The notes: generated by a model not told the origin, from the sequence alone. A stretch of DNA of 55,907 bases from an uncultured Dehalococcoidia bacterium (GCA_964475375.1 CAYYWI010000006.1:1-55907), one strand, 5' to 3'. Counted from the first letter of the stretch, positions 1 through 10,682 are shown. Made by a program: numbers and translations.

Positions 1-418
1 TCCTGTCAGGCAGACACTCAACCTCCACGCTGGCCAGTTCATGCACCATCATATTTCCCTTAGACCTGAGTGCCGGTGCCTCACCTACCAACGCAATTGG
101 AACCTGCACTTTTATCTTCTCTTCCATGCTGACCTGGAAGAAGTCTACATGTACCAGTTCGCCTGTTAATGCGTTCCTCTGAATCTCTCGGACGACTACG
201 TTGCGCGGCTTCTTATGATCGTCTATCTTCAGCCCCACAAGCCGCGTCTTGCCTGCCTGCTTCAGCACAGGCTTCAGCTTCGCCGTCTCACACTGCAAGG
301 CCATCGGTTCGGTGTCATGCCCAAACAGGTGCACAGGAGTAATGCCCTGGCGCCGCAGGAATCTCGTTTTCTTGCCCATCAGTTCTCGGGTACCAACATT
401 TAACTCTATCTGCTCCAC
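1..418 (-). CDS. rplY: 50S ribosomal protein L25/general stress protein Ctc (5' part; runs off the left edge)
   Basis: The minus frame is open from GTG at 416-418 to the window edge. Translation is VEQIELNVGTRELMGKKTRFLRRQGITPVHLFGH...GELVHVDFFQV, typical of the L25/Ctc N-domain. AAGGAG RBS lies ~5 nt upstream. It is absent from the ORF track because it is truncated by the edge. Confidence 0.75.
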   Translation of the reverse strand, partial: MEQIELNVGTRELMGKKTRFLRRQGITPVHLFGHDTEPMALQCETAKLKPVLKQAGKTRLVGLKIDDHKKPRNVVVREIQRNALTGELVHVDFFQVSMEEKIKVQVPIALVGEAPALRSKGNMMVHELASVEVECLPDR

Positions 419-554
419 ACCTCTCTCCTTGTGTCTCCCTGGTAGACAAGCTCCATAGGCCTGCCTCTGCCTTTTTGGCAATTTCTTATGATACCTCAAG
501 CCTGAGGTCGTGAGCAAGAATCCCCAAGCTCAAAGGCTTTACAGGCAAGACTGG

Positions 555-1289
555 TCAGACGTGGTTTGCATCACCCAACCGCAGCAAATCTGCTCGCTGG
601 GGCTTGGCCAGGAAATCGGTCAGAAGACCATGGAAATGCTCCCGCTCCGTCCGGTGCGGGGCATGGCCGTAGCCGGGCAGAATTTCCAACTGTGCTTCGG
701 GAATCAGTTTCTTGGCTTTCAGTGCACCATCTACAGAGTAGTAAGGGTCCCGGCGATTCCACACGATGAGGCTGGGAGTCTTGAGTTCCGGCAGCCTCTC
801 CAGGCACATCCAGTGCGGCATGCTCCCTTTCTCCATAATGAATCGAGGATAAGGCTGCGGCCGACCCAGCACTTTGCGCACCAGAAAGGCCATCGTCCCC
901 AGGAAACTCCCCCAATATGCCAGCCGACCAAACCCGGCCGTATCCACCAGGACCAGTCTTCGCACTATTTCAGGATGATCGAGAGCAATCTCAAGCGAAA
1001 TCCTTCCACCCAGCGAATGGCCCACGACTATCAGCGATTCCAATCCAAGCACCTGAATGAGCCCCAGGGTCGAGTCAACAAAATCGGACAGGCAGTAGCC
1101 GTCCCGATTCCTCTCGCTCAGCCCATAGCCCACCAGGTCAGGTGCATAGAGTGTGTACGAATCTGAAAGAGCCGCCATCGTCTCAACCCAGTCACTCGAA
1201 TCACAGGAACCGCCGTGCAGGAGAAGAACAGGGGGGCCTTTGCCTGCCTTTCTCAAGAAGATACTGTCACCATTAACCCTCAGGGTCAT
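555..1289 (-). CDS. alpha/beta-fold hydrolase
   Basis: VLLLHGG oxyanion region and GHSLGG nucleophile elbow, with His near the C-terminus (GHAPH). The ORF track extends to 1397. ATG at 1289 (MTLRVNG...) gives the usual length, but the start is uncertain. Confidence 0.8.
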   Translation of the reverse strand: MTLRVNGDSIFLRKAGKGPPVLLLHGGSCDSSDWVETMAALSDSYTLYAPDLVGYGLSERNRDGYCLSDFVDSTLGLIQVLGLESLIVVGHSLGGRISLEIALDHPEIVRRLVLVDTAGFGRLAYWGSFLGTMAFLVRKVLGRPQPYPRFIMEKGSMPHWMCLERLPELKTPSLIVWNRRDPYYSVDGALKAKKLIPEAQLEILPGYGHAPHRTEREHFHGLLTDFLAKPQRADLLRLGDANHV

Positions 1290-1525
1290 GGATTCAACAC
1301 CGTTGCTTGAGACCGCAGAACATGACTTGTCGCTAGCTATCAGCATCATATACCTCGAATTACAAAAAACTACCTGTAGATAATAGACAACAGGCAATCG
1401 ACAGGCAAAACAAAAGATGATCTACCCTAAGCATTAGGAGCTTGCAAAGTAACTTCAGTTATGTCTATCATACCACCCGTGGCGCCGGACTGCGCCAAAT
1501 AAAGTTGGTGACCAAGGGGGGTTTT

Positions 1526-2995
1526 ATGGTCAAGAAGTACGATGTCATTGTTGTTGGTGGAGGTCCGGGAGGGATCACATGCAGTGCTTTGCTGGCCAAA
1601 TGGGGGCTCAAGACTCTCCTGATCGAGAAGAATGAGAACACCGGCGGCAAAGCGATTACTCCTACGAACAAGGATGGTTTCTCCTACGAACTCGGGCCCA
1701 AACTACAGGTTCCTGCCCAGGGACCAAGCTTTGCCACGGTCTTCAAGGAACTGGGAATAGAGTCGGAGCTGAAGCCGATTCCTCTGAACACGGCAGGCCT
1801 GGCATATCGAGGTCCTTCAGGGAAATACAAGAAAGGCACTCTGCCGGCAAGCACAGGGCTTCAGCCCGGGCCGTTCTTCGAACTGTGGGAACTCGAACCA
1901 TCAAAGCAGGATATCGCTCTCAACTTCATGATCAACATGGCTATGATGCCGCCGGAGCAGATCAGCGCTCTGGACGATTTGGCCTCAAAAGAATGGCTCT
2001 CGCAGTTCGACAACATCCCCAGCCAACTCATGAGCTACATGATGATGCACGCCAATGCATCGCTCGCCGAGCCTATAGATCTGGTCTCCGCATCGGAGCA
2101 GGTGGCCATCATGCAGGACATCGCCCTGCGCGGCGCAGCCGGATACTACGTTGGAGGCTTCGGTCGAGTGCTGAACGATCTGGCCAAAGCCATCAAGGCC
2201 AATGGCGGGGAGATCAAGACAAAGACCAGAGTTCAGAAGATCAAAGTAAGCAACGGCCGTGTGACCGGAGTGACCACTGACCAGGACAACTTTGAAGCGC
2301 CGATCGTGGTCAGCGACGCAGGGATTCAACCCACTGTGCTGAAGCTGGTCGGTGAGAAAGAATTCGATCCCGGCTACCTGAGCTGGGTCAAGGGCCTCGT
2401 TCCCGGATGGGCCTTCACCGGCGTCAAATACTTCCTGAACAAGAAGGTGTTGCCGGATCAGATGTACAACATCTGGGCCGATGACACTACCATGACCCTT
2501 CAGCGCTTCCGTGACATGCGGGCCGGAAAAATCGCTGATGAAGTCATGTTCTTCGCTACGGTCCCATCAAACTTCGATCCCAACATGGCGCCGCCAGGAA
2601 AGCAGTGCATCGTGTCCGGAACCATTTGCTCTCCCGATCCCAAAGCCGAGGAAATAAAGATTCTCCATGACAAGCTGGACAAGATGTGGGACAAACTGTA
2701 CCCCGGTGTTATGGATGCTTTGATGTACAAAGAGATCGAGGGTCCCGCTGAAGTGTCCGAGTTTACCCGTGACAGCGTGATGAAGGGACAGGGTGGCGAA
2801 TGCGTCGGGCTGGCTCAGATCGTGGGCCAGTGCGGCAAGCACCAGCCTTCACCCAAGGCACCCATCGCCGGTCTGTTCTACACGGGCGCGGATGTCGGCA
2901 TACCGGGCATGGGAACTCACAAGGCATCGGGCGGCGGTATCAAGACAGCCCGAATGGTGCTGCGGTATCAGCGTCAGCGCCAGGCAATGATCTAG
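1526..2995 (+). CDS. FAD-dependent oxidoreductase, phytoene-desaturase (CrtI)-like family
   Basis: N-terminal Rossmann motif YDVIVVGGGPGGITCSALLA...LIEKNENTGGKA. AAGGGGGG RBS lies 5 nt before ATG 1526; the track ORF starts upstream at 1442. Confidence 0.8.
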   Translation: MVKKYDVIVVGGGPGGITCSALLAKWGLKTLLIEKNENTGGKAITPTNKDGFSYELGPKLQVPAQGPSFATVFKELGIESELKPIPLNTAGLAYRGPSGKYKKGTLPASTGLQPGPFFELWELEPSKQDIALNFMINMAMMPPEQISALDDLASKEWLSQFDNIPSQLMSYMMMHANASLAEPIDLVSASEQVAIMQDIALRGAAGYYVGGFGRVLNDLAKAIKANGGEIKTKTRVQKIKVSNGRVTGVTTDQDNFEAPIVVSDAGIQPTVLKLVGEKEFDPGYLSWVKGLVPGWAFTGVKYFLNKKVLPDQMYNIWADDTTMTLQRFRDMRAGKIADEVMFFATVPSNFDPNMAPPGKQCIVSGTICSPDPKAEEIKILHDKLDKMWDKLYPGVMDALMYKEIEGPAEVSEFTRDSVMKGQGGECVGLAQIVGQCGKHQPSPKAPIAGLFYTGADVGIPGMGTHKASGGGIKTARMVLRYQRQRQAMI

Positions 2996-3083
2996 ACCCC
3001 CGGTTCTTTGACCTTGTCTGGCAAGAGCGGGAAGTCTTGTCGGGGATCACCTGACAGACAAGCCGAGCCATTTCCGGTAGACA

Positions 3084-4217
3084 TTGCTTGATATCGGGGC
3101 TCACTCCGCCCGGGGGGACTCAGAGCCCATTCCAGCCATGTTCTTGGAGAAGAGCGGCGAGCTTTTTCTCAGGGGGGGAGGCTGGCCGAAGAGGCTTCAG
3201 CCTGGAAAGGAACTTTTCGTGGCAGAGAACGACCTTTATCTACAACTGGTGGACATGATCAACAAGACGGACCCGCACGTGATCGGCATACCGAACACGC
3301 CAGCCATGCTCAAGGTACTCAGCCTCCAGTTTACGCCGGAAGAGGTCAAGCTGGCTCTTCAGGTCGGAACCGCGGGGGGAACGCTAAGCGAGCTGTCAGC
3401 GAAGACCGGCATCGACAAAGCAAAGCTGAAGAAGCAACTGGAGACCATGGCCGCCAAAGGGACGATGTGGATCGATCCCGACAAGGAGGATCCGGTGTAC
3501 CGGGTGGTGGGAAGCTGCGCCCCGGGGTTGGTGGAGACCGGGGCTTGGGGCGGTATAAGATTCCCTTACGACATCGAGCTGATCAAGAACCTGCATCCTG
3601 CATTGAAGGACTGGGCCAGGGAGAGGCTCTGTCCTCTAGGGTTTCCTTTCTCGCCGGTATTTGCGCACCCGAAGCATCTCCCTGCTGATGCCAAACCTGG
3701 CGAGAACATCTTTGAGACCCTCAAGAGGCAAGACTTCATCGCCGTTTCTGACTGCCCATGCCGTCTTTCTCACTGGCTGGCCGAGCCCGATAACCACTGC
3801 AACCATACCCTCCAGGCATGCATCCATTACGGCAGCGTGGCCAGGTGGACCGTCAAGTACGGAATGGCCCGCCAGATCACGTACAATGAGGCCGTCGAGA
3901 TCATGAACCGATGCCACGCCGAGGGCCTGGTTCACAGCATCGATATCGATGGCTGCATCTGCAACTGTTGCAAGGACTGCTGCCCCAACTTCATCGGCTT
4001 CCACCAGTTCAAGACTAAGACGCTTATCGCTTCACCTTTTGTGCCCCGGATCGATCCCGCCAAGTGCAGCGCCTGTTCTTCATGTGTGGATGCCTGTCCC
4101 GTGGGAGCTATGCAGTTGGACGATGTAGCCCAAGTGAACCAGGAGATCTGCATAGGGTGCTCAGTCTGCGTTCCGACGTGTGACTTTGAGGCTATCAAGA
4201 TGGCCAGGCGCCAATAG
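3084..4217 (+). CDS. Cys-rich 4Fe-4S dicluster domain protein
   Basis: C-terminal CSACSSCVDACP and CIGCSVCVPTC ferredoxin motifs, plus an internal Cys cluster (CICNCCKDCCP). It directly follows the FAD oxidoreductase on the same strand. Start is uncertain (TTG 3084 or ATG 3138). Confidence 0.7.
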   Translation: MLDIGAHSARGDSEPIPAMFLEKSGELFLRGGGWPKRLQPGKELFVAENDLYLQLVDMINKTDPHVIGIPNTPAMLKVLSLQFTPEEVKLALQVGTAGGTLSELSAKTGIDKAKLKKQLETMAAKGTMWIDPDKEDPVYRVVGSCAPGLVETGAWGGIRFPYDIELIKNLHPALKDWARERLCPLGFPFSPVFAHPKHLPADAKPGENIFETLKRQDFIAVSDCPCRLSHWLAEPDNHCNHTLQACIHYGSVARWTVKYGMARQITYNEAVEIMNRCHAEGLVHSIDIDGCICNCCKDCCPNFIGFHQFKTKTLIASPFVPRIDPAKCSACSSCVDACPVGAMQLDDVAQVNQEICIGCSVCVPTCDFEAIKMARRQ

Positions 4218-4303
4218 GTGCACGCGGCACAAATCCAGCTCTCTCAACCCGGTAATACTAACCGAGTCCTGATAATACAGGATTCAGGCCAGTCCGGATT
4301 TCA

Positions 4304-5566
4304 ATGGTCTATAATGGAGTGAATCGAGAGCCTGTGGAAGTGCGAGTGAATCCAAAGTTGAGAGACATTCATATCCAGCCAACCCTGCACCAGGGGCAGC
4401 AGGGATTTCTTCTGGCGGACCCTCTCGGCATCAGTGAAAGAGCACTATTTGTGCCCAACGTCCTGGCTCCCCTCCTTCCCCTCATGGACGGAAGTCGCGA
4501 TATAGGCACACTCAAAACCGGCTTTGAGCTCCGCACCGGCATTCCGATCAGCCTTGGTGTTTTGGAGAACCTCATCTCCGAAATGGATGCCTCCACATTT
4601 CTGGACAACAACCGCTATGCCGAGGCCTTGAAGCTTGCTACGGACAACTTCAGACAGGCAGCCTCCAGAATGCCTGTCATGGTGGGAAGGTCCTGCCCGG
4701 AAGACCCGATGGAACTCGCCTCGTTCCTTCAGGAATACCTGGATGGCATCGATGAGATGCCCGACCGGGCAGGTCAAATCACAGGCATGATCAGCCCGCA
4801 CATCGACTTCCCAAGAGGCGGTCCCGTCTACGGCGGGGTGTGGGCCGCAGCAGCACCGGCCATTAAGGAAGCCGAGCTTATCGTCATACTGGGCACCGAC
4901 CACAACGGCGGCAGCGGCGAGATCACGCTCACGCAGCAGAGCTATGAGACACCGTGGGGAGTCGTGAGTAGAATAGCCGGGATCACCGGAGAGGATGCCG
5001 TCTTCGGCGGTGAACTGCGCCATCGAGGCGAACACTCCGTTGAAGCCGCCTTGATATGGCTGCACTATCTGATGAGAGACAGGCCATGCCGGATAGTCCC
5101 CATCCTCTGCGGGTCATTCGAGCTGTTCATCCACCTGAACAACAGCCCATCACAAAGCAAGTCCGTATCGGCTGCCATCGAGGTTCTGCAGGAGACCTTC
5201 GGCAAGCGCCGCACTCTCATTGTTGCAGCCGCCGACCTGGCTCACGTCGGGCCTGCCTTCGGGGATCTCTTGCCCTTGAACCCTGCCGCATGCGCCAGGC
5301 TGGAAGCAAAGGACCGGCAGCTCATGAAGATCATGCGTTCGGCGGACGCCGGTGCCTTCTTCGAAGAGATCAGAAGTGAGGGAGATCAAAGGAAGATATG
5401 CGGGCTTCCGCCGATATACGTTGCCCTTTCGGTGCTCTCCGGCGCAAAGGGGTCTGTCACAGGCTATGCTCAGTGCCCCGCCAGCGAGGACGGCACTTCA
5501 GTCGTGTCCATCTGCGGGATGGTCTACCGCTCAGCACAGGACGGGACACACTCGCGGCCGGCTTAA
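4304..5566 (+). CDS. MEMO1 / AmmeMemoRadiSam system protein B family protein with ~110-aa N-terminal extension
   Basis: ISPHIDFPRGGPVYG, GTDH, AAADLAHVGP and ICGLPPI motifs are typical of the Memo-like family. Confidence 0.7.
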   Translation: MVYNGVNREPVEVRVNPKLRDIHIQPTLHQGQQGFLLADPLGISERALFVPNVLAPLLPLMDGSRDIGTLKTGFELRTGIPISLGVLENLISEMDASTFLDNNRYAEALKLATDNFRQAASRMPVMVGRSCPEDPMELASFLQEYLDGIDEMPDRAGQITGMISPHIDFPRGGPVYGGVWAAAAPAIKEAELIVILGTDHNGGSGEITLTQQSYETPWGVVSRIAGITGEDAVFGGELRHRGEHSVEAALIWLHYLMRDRPCRIVPILCGSFELFIHLNNSPSQSKSVSAAIEVLQETFGKRRTLIVAAADLAHVGPAFGDLLPLNPAACARLEAKDRQLMKIMRSADAGAFFEEIRSEGDQRKICGLPPIYVALSVLSGAKGSVTGYAQCPASEDGTSVVSICGMVYRSAQDGTHSRPA

Positions 5567-5573
5567 CGAGAAG

Positions 5574-5792
5574 CTACCTCGCCATCGCCTGCCGCAGCTT
5601 CTTCACCAAGGCAGCGCGGTCGGCATCGTTCGCCATCCGGAGCTTGAGGTTCTTCCAGGCGCCGGGGCAGTCCTTGTAGTCCACCCCTGCAACCTCATGA
5701 AGGACTCGGTCGACCTCTTTCCTGTTGGCAGGGGTAACCTCAATGCCGGCTTCAGCCATGACTTCCTTGAGATGACGGAAATAGCACGACAT
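5574..5792 (-). CDS. small hypothetical protein (72 aa)
   Basis: Compact ORF in a tight gap between neighbours, non-repetitive and charged (MSCYFRHLKEVMAEAGIEVTPANRKEVDRVLHEV...). No family recognised. Confidence 0.45.
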   Translation of the reverse strand: MSCYFRHLKEVMAEAGIEVTPANRKEVDRVLHEVAGVDYKDCPGAWKNLKLRMANDADRAALVKKLRQAMAR

Positions 5793-5818
5793 CGCCTGTT
5801 CCCTCCTTCAGCGAGCAT

Positions 5819-6547
5819 CTACTCAAATCCGTGCCAGGTCACCAGGTTCTCCATCGGCTCCCGGCTGGACTGGAAAGTGGCCGCCGGGTTCGAAAGGTCG
5901 GGGTATCCCATGGCTACACCCAGAATCATACGCTTCGTGTCCGGCAAATTCAGCAGGCTCCTCAAGACATCGGGGTATGCGACCGCCGCGCCCAAGGCAC
6001 AGGTCCCCACACCGTGGTGCCAGGCAGCCAGCATCAGGTTCTCCACGGCTATCCCTATGTCCACCAGCGACCACTGGCTGAGAGAAGCGTCAACATAGAC
6101 AACCACACCGTTGGGCGCATCGAAGAACTTCCTCATGGACATCCGCCAGCGTCGCATGGCATCACGATCACCCTTAGGCAATCCCAGTTCACGGACAAGC
6201 CGCCGCCCATCCAACTTGATGCGGTCCATGTAGGGTCCGGTGAACTTCGGCCAGGGAAGATCGAGCCGCGGCTTCTCTCCAGCCTGTCCCATAGCCGCCA
6301 GCGCTTCTTTCACGTTCTTCATCGCATCGCCGCCAAGCACGGCAAACTCCCATGGCTGCGTGTTCTCCCATGATGGAGCCCGGAGGGCCGCCTCCATTAT
6401 GGCTTGCAGAACCTCCCTGGGTATGGGGTCAGGCCTGAATGCCCGAATGCTTCTCCGACTGTGGATGGCCTCAATAACGTCCAACTTCTCCTCCCACGTC
6501 CGGCTGCCGCAGTCAGCAGCCTTCAACCCTTGTGGCAGTGGACTCAT
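5819..6547 (-). CDS. nitroreductase family protein
   Basis: RRSIRAFRPDPIPREVLQAIMEAALRAPSWENTQPWEF motif. The track ORF (to 6718) would overlap the upstream lipoprotein gene, so ATG 6547 (or TTG ~6486) is the more likely start. Confidence 0.8.
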   Translation of the reverse strand: MSPLPQGLKAADCGSRTWEEKLDVIEAIHSRRSIRAFRPDPIPREVLQAIMEAALRAPSWENTQPWEFAVLGGDAMKNVKEALAAMGQAGEKPRLDLPWPKFTGPYMDRIKLDGRRLVRELGLPKGDRDAMRRWRMSMRKFFDAPNGVVVYVDASLSQWSLVDIGIAVENLMLAAWHHGVGTCALGAAVAYPDVLRSLLNLPDTKRMILGVAMGYPDLSNPAATFQSSREPMENLVTWHGFE

Positions 6548-6668
6548 GAGCACTGTAGCACAGGCACAAACGAGCCTGCAATGGGCGATGCGCTCTCCCC
6601 AAAAAGCTGAGAGGCCTGATGCACTATCAGACCTCTCGTATATTCCAAGCCGGACCTGCGCCGGTTCC

Positions 6669-7508
6669 TTACAAGCCCTGGAACAGCGATGCAGCTTTGT
6701 CGATATCCAGCTCGGCACTGGCCTTTACCAGAACACCGGCTCTGGCAACATCAACGCGTTTGTACACACTCTCCATCAAATTTTCGATCTTGCCATCAGC
6801 GTCTCGCGCATCCTGCTCATCATCAAAGGTGGCAATACCGGATATTTTCAGCGTGTCGCTGTTCTTCTTGCTGACCGAAGTGCCGCTGGCCTCAAGCCCG
6901 CTGAGCAGCAAGCCAGCCACCTCCGTCTTCTGTATCTCTACCCGCAGGCCGTTGGGCAGATGCCCGGCAACGTCGTTGGCATCGGCATTACCAAGAAGAG
7001 ATGCCTCACCCTCCTTAATCACCTTTATGCAGCCTTCAACACCAGCCTCGTTGCCCAGGATTATCAGATCACCCATCAAGGCCACCATGTCCATGTCCGT
7101 GCCAAACCCGGTCTTCTTCCATACCTCGACGCCCTTGTATTCGCTGCTGTCATAGTTGCGATCATTCAGTTCGTCCTTTATCTCCTTCATGTCGAACTTG
7201 CCCACAAGCAGCGTGAAACGCTTGCTCAGGGTCGAGTTCGCGCCGGAGGCGAAACGATTCACCGCACCATGATCTATGCCATGAGAATCCAGCCGCGGAT
7301 CAACGGCTCCCTTCCAGGCCGTGTACAAATCGTCCAGATCGGCGTCGTTCCTCAGACTTTTGACGTTCACATACTTCAAGTAGGCAGTGTCATGCGGCAC
7401 TCTGGCCATCATATCAGTCATGCCTTTGCCGGAAGCACAGCCGGCATTCGTCAGTGTCGCCCCCAGCAGAAATGCCAGGCTTACCAGCAGCAGAATCCTT
7501 TTGAACAT
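6669..7508 (-). CDS. putative lipoprotein
   Basis: Signal peptide with lipobox MFKRILLLVSLAFLLGATLTNAGC; the mature part is hydrophilic. AGGAGGAG RBS upstream. Confidence 0.7.
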   Translation of the reverse strand: MFKRILLLVSLAFLLGATLTNAGCASGKGMTDMMARVPHDTAYLKYVNVKSLRNDADLDDLYTAWKGAVDPRLDSHGIDHGAVNRFASGANSTLSKRFTLLVGKFDMKEIKDELNDRNYDSSEYKGVEVWKKTGFGTDMDMVALMGDLIILGNEAGVEGCIKVIKEGEASLLGNADANDVAGHLPNGLRVEIQKTEVAGLLLSGLEASGTSVSKKNSDTLKISGIATFDDEQDARDADGKIENLMESVYKRVDVARAGVLVKASAELDIDKAASLFQGL

Positions 7509-7728
7509 GCGACTCCTCCTTATTGTATATTGGCAGCCGGGAACCTGAGTTACCAGGCTAAACAGAAAGTCTACAAAGCTGCTGTCTCAGACTCGTCTCG
7601 CAGAATGCCATGCCTTTATCAAAGTTGTCTCACGTGAGGTTGTGAACGTGGTTGGAGTAACCGAAAAGATGAACCGGCATGGTGTTGACCACCGTGCCGG
7701 TTCCGACTCGGCTCCTATATCAGAAGGC

Positions 7729-8943
7729 CTAGTGAATTGCGCCTTCGCCGCGCAGCTTCTTAATCTCGTCCTTCGAATAGCCCAGGCCTGACATCACTTC
7801 CTCAGTGTCATGTGCCAACGGCACCGCAAGGGTGCGGACTGAGCCTGGCGTATCCGAAAGCTTGATGCTGATGCCCACCTGCTTCACCTTGCCAAACTTC
7901 GGGTGAGCGATGTCCACCACCATCTGTCTGGCCAGCACCTGCGGGTCCTTGAAGACCTCATCGATGTCCAGCACCTTGCCCACGGGGACATCGGCCTTGA
8001 TCAAGATATCGAACCATTCGTCCCTCGTCTTACTGAGGAAGATCTTCCGCAGATCGCGCATCATTTCTTCCTTCTTCGGGCTGGGTGCGAACTCGTGAGG
8101 AATGAGATCCTCCCGACCCAGAACTTTGCACATATTGGCCCAGAAGCGGGGTTCTATGGGGCAGATGCTGAGGTACTTTTTGTCCTTCGTCTCGTAGACA
8201 GCGTAGAACGGACTCGTGCCGCTGGTTAGGGTGTCTCCGCGCTTGGGCACCACGCCGGTGTATGGGTACTCCACCGGTCCGGGGATTCCCGCCAGCAACC
8301 CAACGACGCCATCCATCATGGAGATGTCCACCATCTGGCCCTTGCCTGTCCTTTCACGAGCGCAGACAGCTAGCAATATCCCGATCAGCGTGTTGAGGTA
8401 AGCTACTGCCATGTCCGCAACAACATTGAGCGCCATGATGGGGGGGCCATCAACCCGATCGCCGGTCAGGCCCAGAACGCCGCCGAAGCCGGCGTAGTTC
8501 CCGTCATGTCCGGGATAGTTGCGATAGGGACCGGTTTGCCCGAAGCCGGAAACGGCACAATAGATGATCCTGGGGTTGATCTTGGAAAGGGCCGGATAGC
8601 CGACGTTCATACGGTCCATCACACCAGGCCGGAAACCCTCGATTACCACGTCCGAAGCCTTGGCCAGCCTCTGGAAAACGGCTTGACCGGCCTCGGTCCT
8701 CATGTTAATCGCCACTTTCTTCTTGTTCCGGTCGAGTGCCCCGAAGGCCGTCATCTTGGCGGCTTCGTCTTCCTTCTCCGGCAGGTACACCAGGCCATCG
8801 CCGACGCCTTTGTGCCCGCCGCCGGGCGGCATATCTACCTTGACCACCTCAGCCCCCATATCACCCATGGTCATGGAAACGAGTGACGCCGGCCCCATGC
8901 CGCAGACATCGATCACTTTGATACCACTGAGCGCTGATGCCAA
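7729..8943 (-). CDS. CoA transferase family III (CaiB/BaiF-like)
   Basis: LSGIKVIDVCGMGPASLVSMTMGDMGAEVVKVD N-terminal motif. AGGAGG lies 6 nt upstream of TTG 8943; the track ORF starts at 9030. Confidence 0.85.
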   Translation of the reverse strand: MASALSGIKVIDVCGMGPASLVSMTMGDMGAEVVKVDMPPGGGHKGVGDGLVYLPEKEDEAAKMTAFGALDRNKKKVAINMRTEAGQAVFQRLAKASDVVIEGFRPGVMDRMNVGYPALSKINPRIIYCAVSGFGQTGPYRNYPGHDGNYAGFGGVLGLTGDRVDGPPIMALNVVADMAVAYLNTLIGILLAVCARERTGKGQMVDISMMDGVVGLLAGIPGPVEYPYTGVVPKRGDTLTSGTSPFYAVYETKDKKYLSICPIEPRFWANMCKVLGREDLIPHEFAPSPKKEEMMRDLRKIFLSKTRDEWFDILIKADVPVGKVLDIDEVFKDPQVLARQMVVDIAHPKFGKVKQVGISIKLSDTPGSVRTLAVPLAHDTEEVMSGLGYSKDEIKKLRGEGAIH

Positions 8944-9266
8944 TCTGAACCTCCTCTTTGTTGGCCAAAAGCGATGGCCAATTATTGCGTTTGAATTGAG
9001 CGAGATTGCCCACCCCCGAAGAAGGGTCAATCAGAAGGTATGATACATCAAGCTCACTGGAACGATCAAACCGGGGCGGGGCACTACAAGGGGACGTGCA
9101 GGGGACAGAGCCATGGGCTGTGAGCTATCAGATCAAGTGCACCAGCCATGCCTTTTCAAAATCAAGATGATACAATAGACAACCGAGGCCGGAAGGCCAA
9201 TCCGCTATGAACAATCTCCTCACCACCACGTCACCGCAACAGTCTCTTCTGAAGTGAGGCCTTGAT

Positions 9267-10682
9267 TTGGACAGAAAAGCGCTGGATAGAGCCCTGAACC
9301 CCCGCTGTGTGGCGGTGGTGGGCGACAAGATGGCCAACGGCTACGTGTGGCTCCGGAATATGAGCACCTTCAATGGAAGGCTCTACTCCGTGCAGATCGA
9401 CCCCAACGAACTACCGGGAATAGAGAAGCTCGGGGTGAAGAACTATCGAAGCCTCATGGAGATCCCGGACCCGGTCGACTACGTCCTTGTCGCCGTTCCA
9501 CGAGCGGTGACCCCTCGTGTCTTGAGCGACTGCATCAAGAAAGGCGTGGGGGGAGCGACGATGTTCACCTCCGGCTTTGCCGAGTCACACAGCGACGAAG
9601 GGGCGATGCTGCAGGATGCGCTGGTCAAAATGGCACGGGAAGCGGACTTCAACCTTATCGGGCCCAATTGCATGGGGCTCTTCAACCCGAAGCTGGGGGT
9701 GCGCCAGGATGTCAATCAGTACAACGGACACAGCGGCCCCGTTGGATTCATCTCCCAGAGCGGGACCCATGCCATCTTCTTCAGTCAGGTGGGAATACGC
9801 AATGGCCTCAGAGTAAGCAAGTGCATAAGCTACGGCAACGGTGCTGTCCTGGATAGCAGCGACTTCCTGGAATACTTCGCTGATGACCATGAGACCAAGG
9901 TAATAGGGCTGTACATCGAGGGCGTGAAGGATGGTAGGAAGTTCCTCGAGTCTCTGCGATACGCCGCACAGAAGAAGCCGGTGCTGGTCTGGAAGGGCGG
10001 CAAGGGCGAGGAAGGCCACCGGGCCATCTCGTCCCACACAGGATCCCTGGCATCCGCTCCCATCCTCTGGGACTCCCTGATCAAGCAGTGCGGCGCTATG
10101 AGGATCGAGAACCTGGAGGAGATGATCGACTGCATGAAGGCCATTCTCTATGTCAACCGACCTTTGGGGACCAGGGTGGGTCTGGTGGCCCAGAGCGGCG
10201 GTCAGTCGGTGGTGATAGCCGACGCTTTCACCAAGGCCGGCTTGTCAGCTCCACTGCTCAGCCAGAGCACCTACCGGCAGTTCGCCGGCTTTTTCAATAT
10301 TATTGGGGGCAGCTACCTCAACCCCCTGGACATCTCCTGGCACGCACCTTCAATAAAGGACTCCATGAAGATACTCGACATCCTGAGCACGGAAGAGAAC
10401 ATAGATTCGCTGGTGGCGGAGCTGTCACTGCCATTCCTCTCTCAGATATGGGATTTCTATCCATCATACCTCGACAACCTGGTGTCGGCCCTGGCTGATT
10501 TCAAAGCCAGATGCCCTAAGGCATTCCTGGTGGTCATCTCCGCCGGGCAGCTTGAGGAGCAGGCCCTGATCGTCAGGAGCAAGCTGATGGACAAAGGCAT
10601 CCCCGGCTTCCCGAGCTTCGACCGGGCTGCCGAAGCACTGGCCAAGGTGGCCGAGTATCAGCGGTCACAAGGCACCCGGTAG
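9267..10682 (+). CDS. CoA-binding / ADP-forming acyl-CoA synthetase alpha-domain-like protein
   Basis: PRCVAVVG...VDYVLVAVP...GGATMFTSGFAE...LIGPNCMGL...GFISQSG pattern of succinyl-CoA-ligase-like CoA-binding and flavodoxin domains. Confidence 0.75.
   Translation: MDRKALDRALNPRCVAVVGDKMANGYVWLRNMSTFNGRLYSVQIDPNELPGIEKLGVKNYRSLMEIPDPVDYVLVAVPRAVTPRVLSDCIKKGVGGATMFTSGFAESHSDEGAMLQDALVKMAREADFNLIGPNCMGLFNPKLGVRQDVNQYNGHSGPVGFISQSGTHAIFFSQVGIRNGLRVSKCISYGNGAVLDSSDFLEYFADDHETKVIGLYIEGVKDGRKFLESLRYAAQKKPVLVWKGGKGEEGHRAISSHTGSLASAPILWDSLIKQCGAMRIENLEEMIDCMKAILYVNRPLGTRVGLVAQSGGQSVVIADAFTKAGLSAPLLSQSTYRQFAGFFNIIGGSYLNPLDISWHAPSIKDSMKILDILSTEENIDSLVAELSLPFLSQIWDFYPSYLDNLVSALADFKARCPKAFLVVISAGQLEEQALIVRSKLMDKGIPGFPSFDRAAEALAKVAEYQRSQGTR

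Noticed and set aside
6240-7637. 465-aa plus-strand ORF
   Set aside because: It runs antisense across two well-supported minus-strand genes (nitroreductase, lipoprotein). Its composition is low-complexity Ser/Ala/Leu and it has no motifs. It is a typical shadow ORF.
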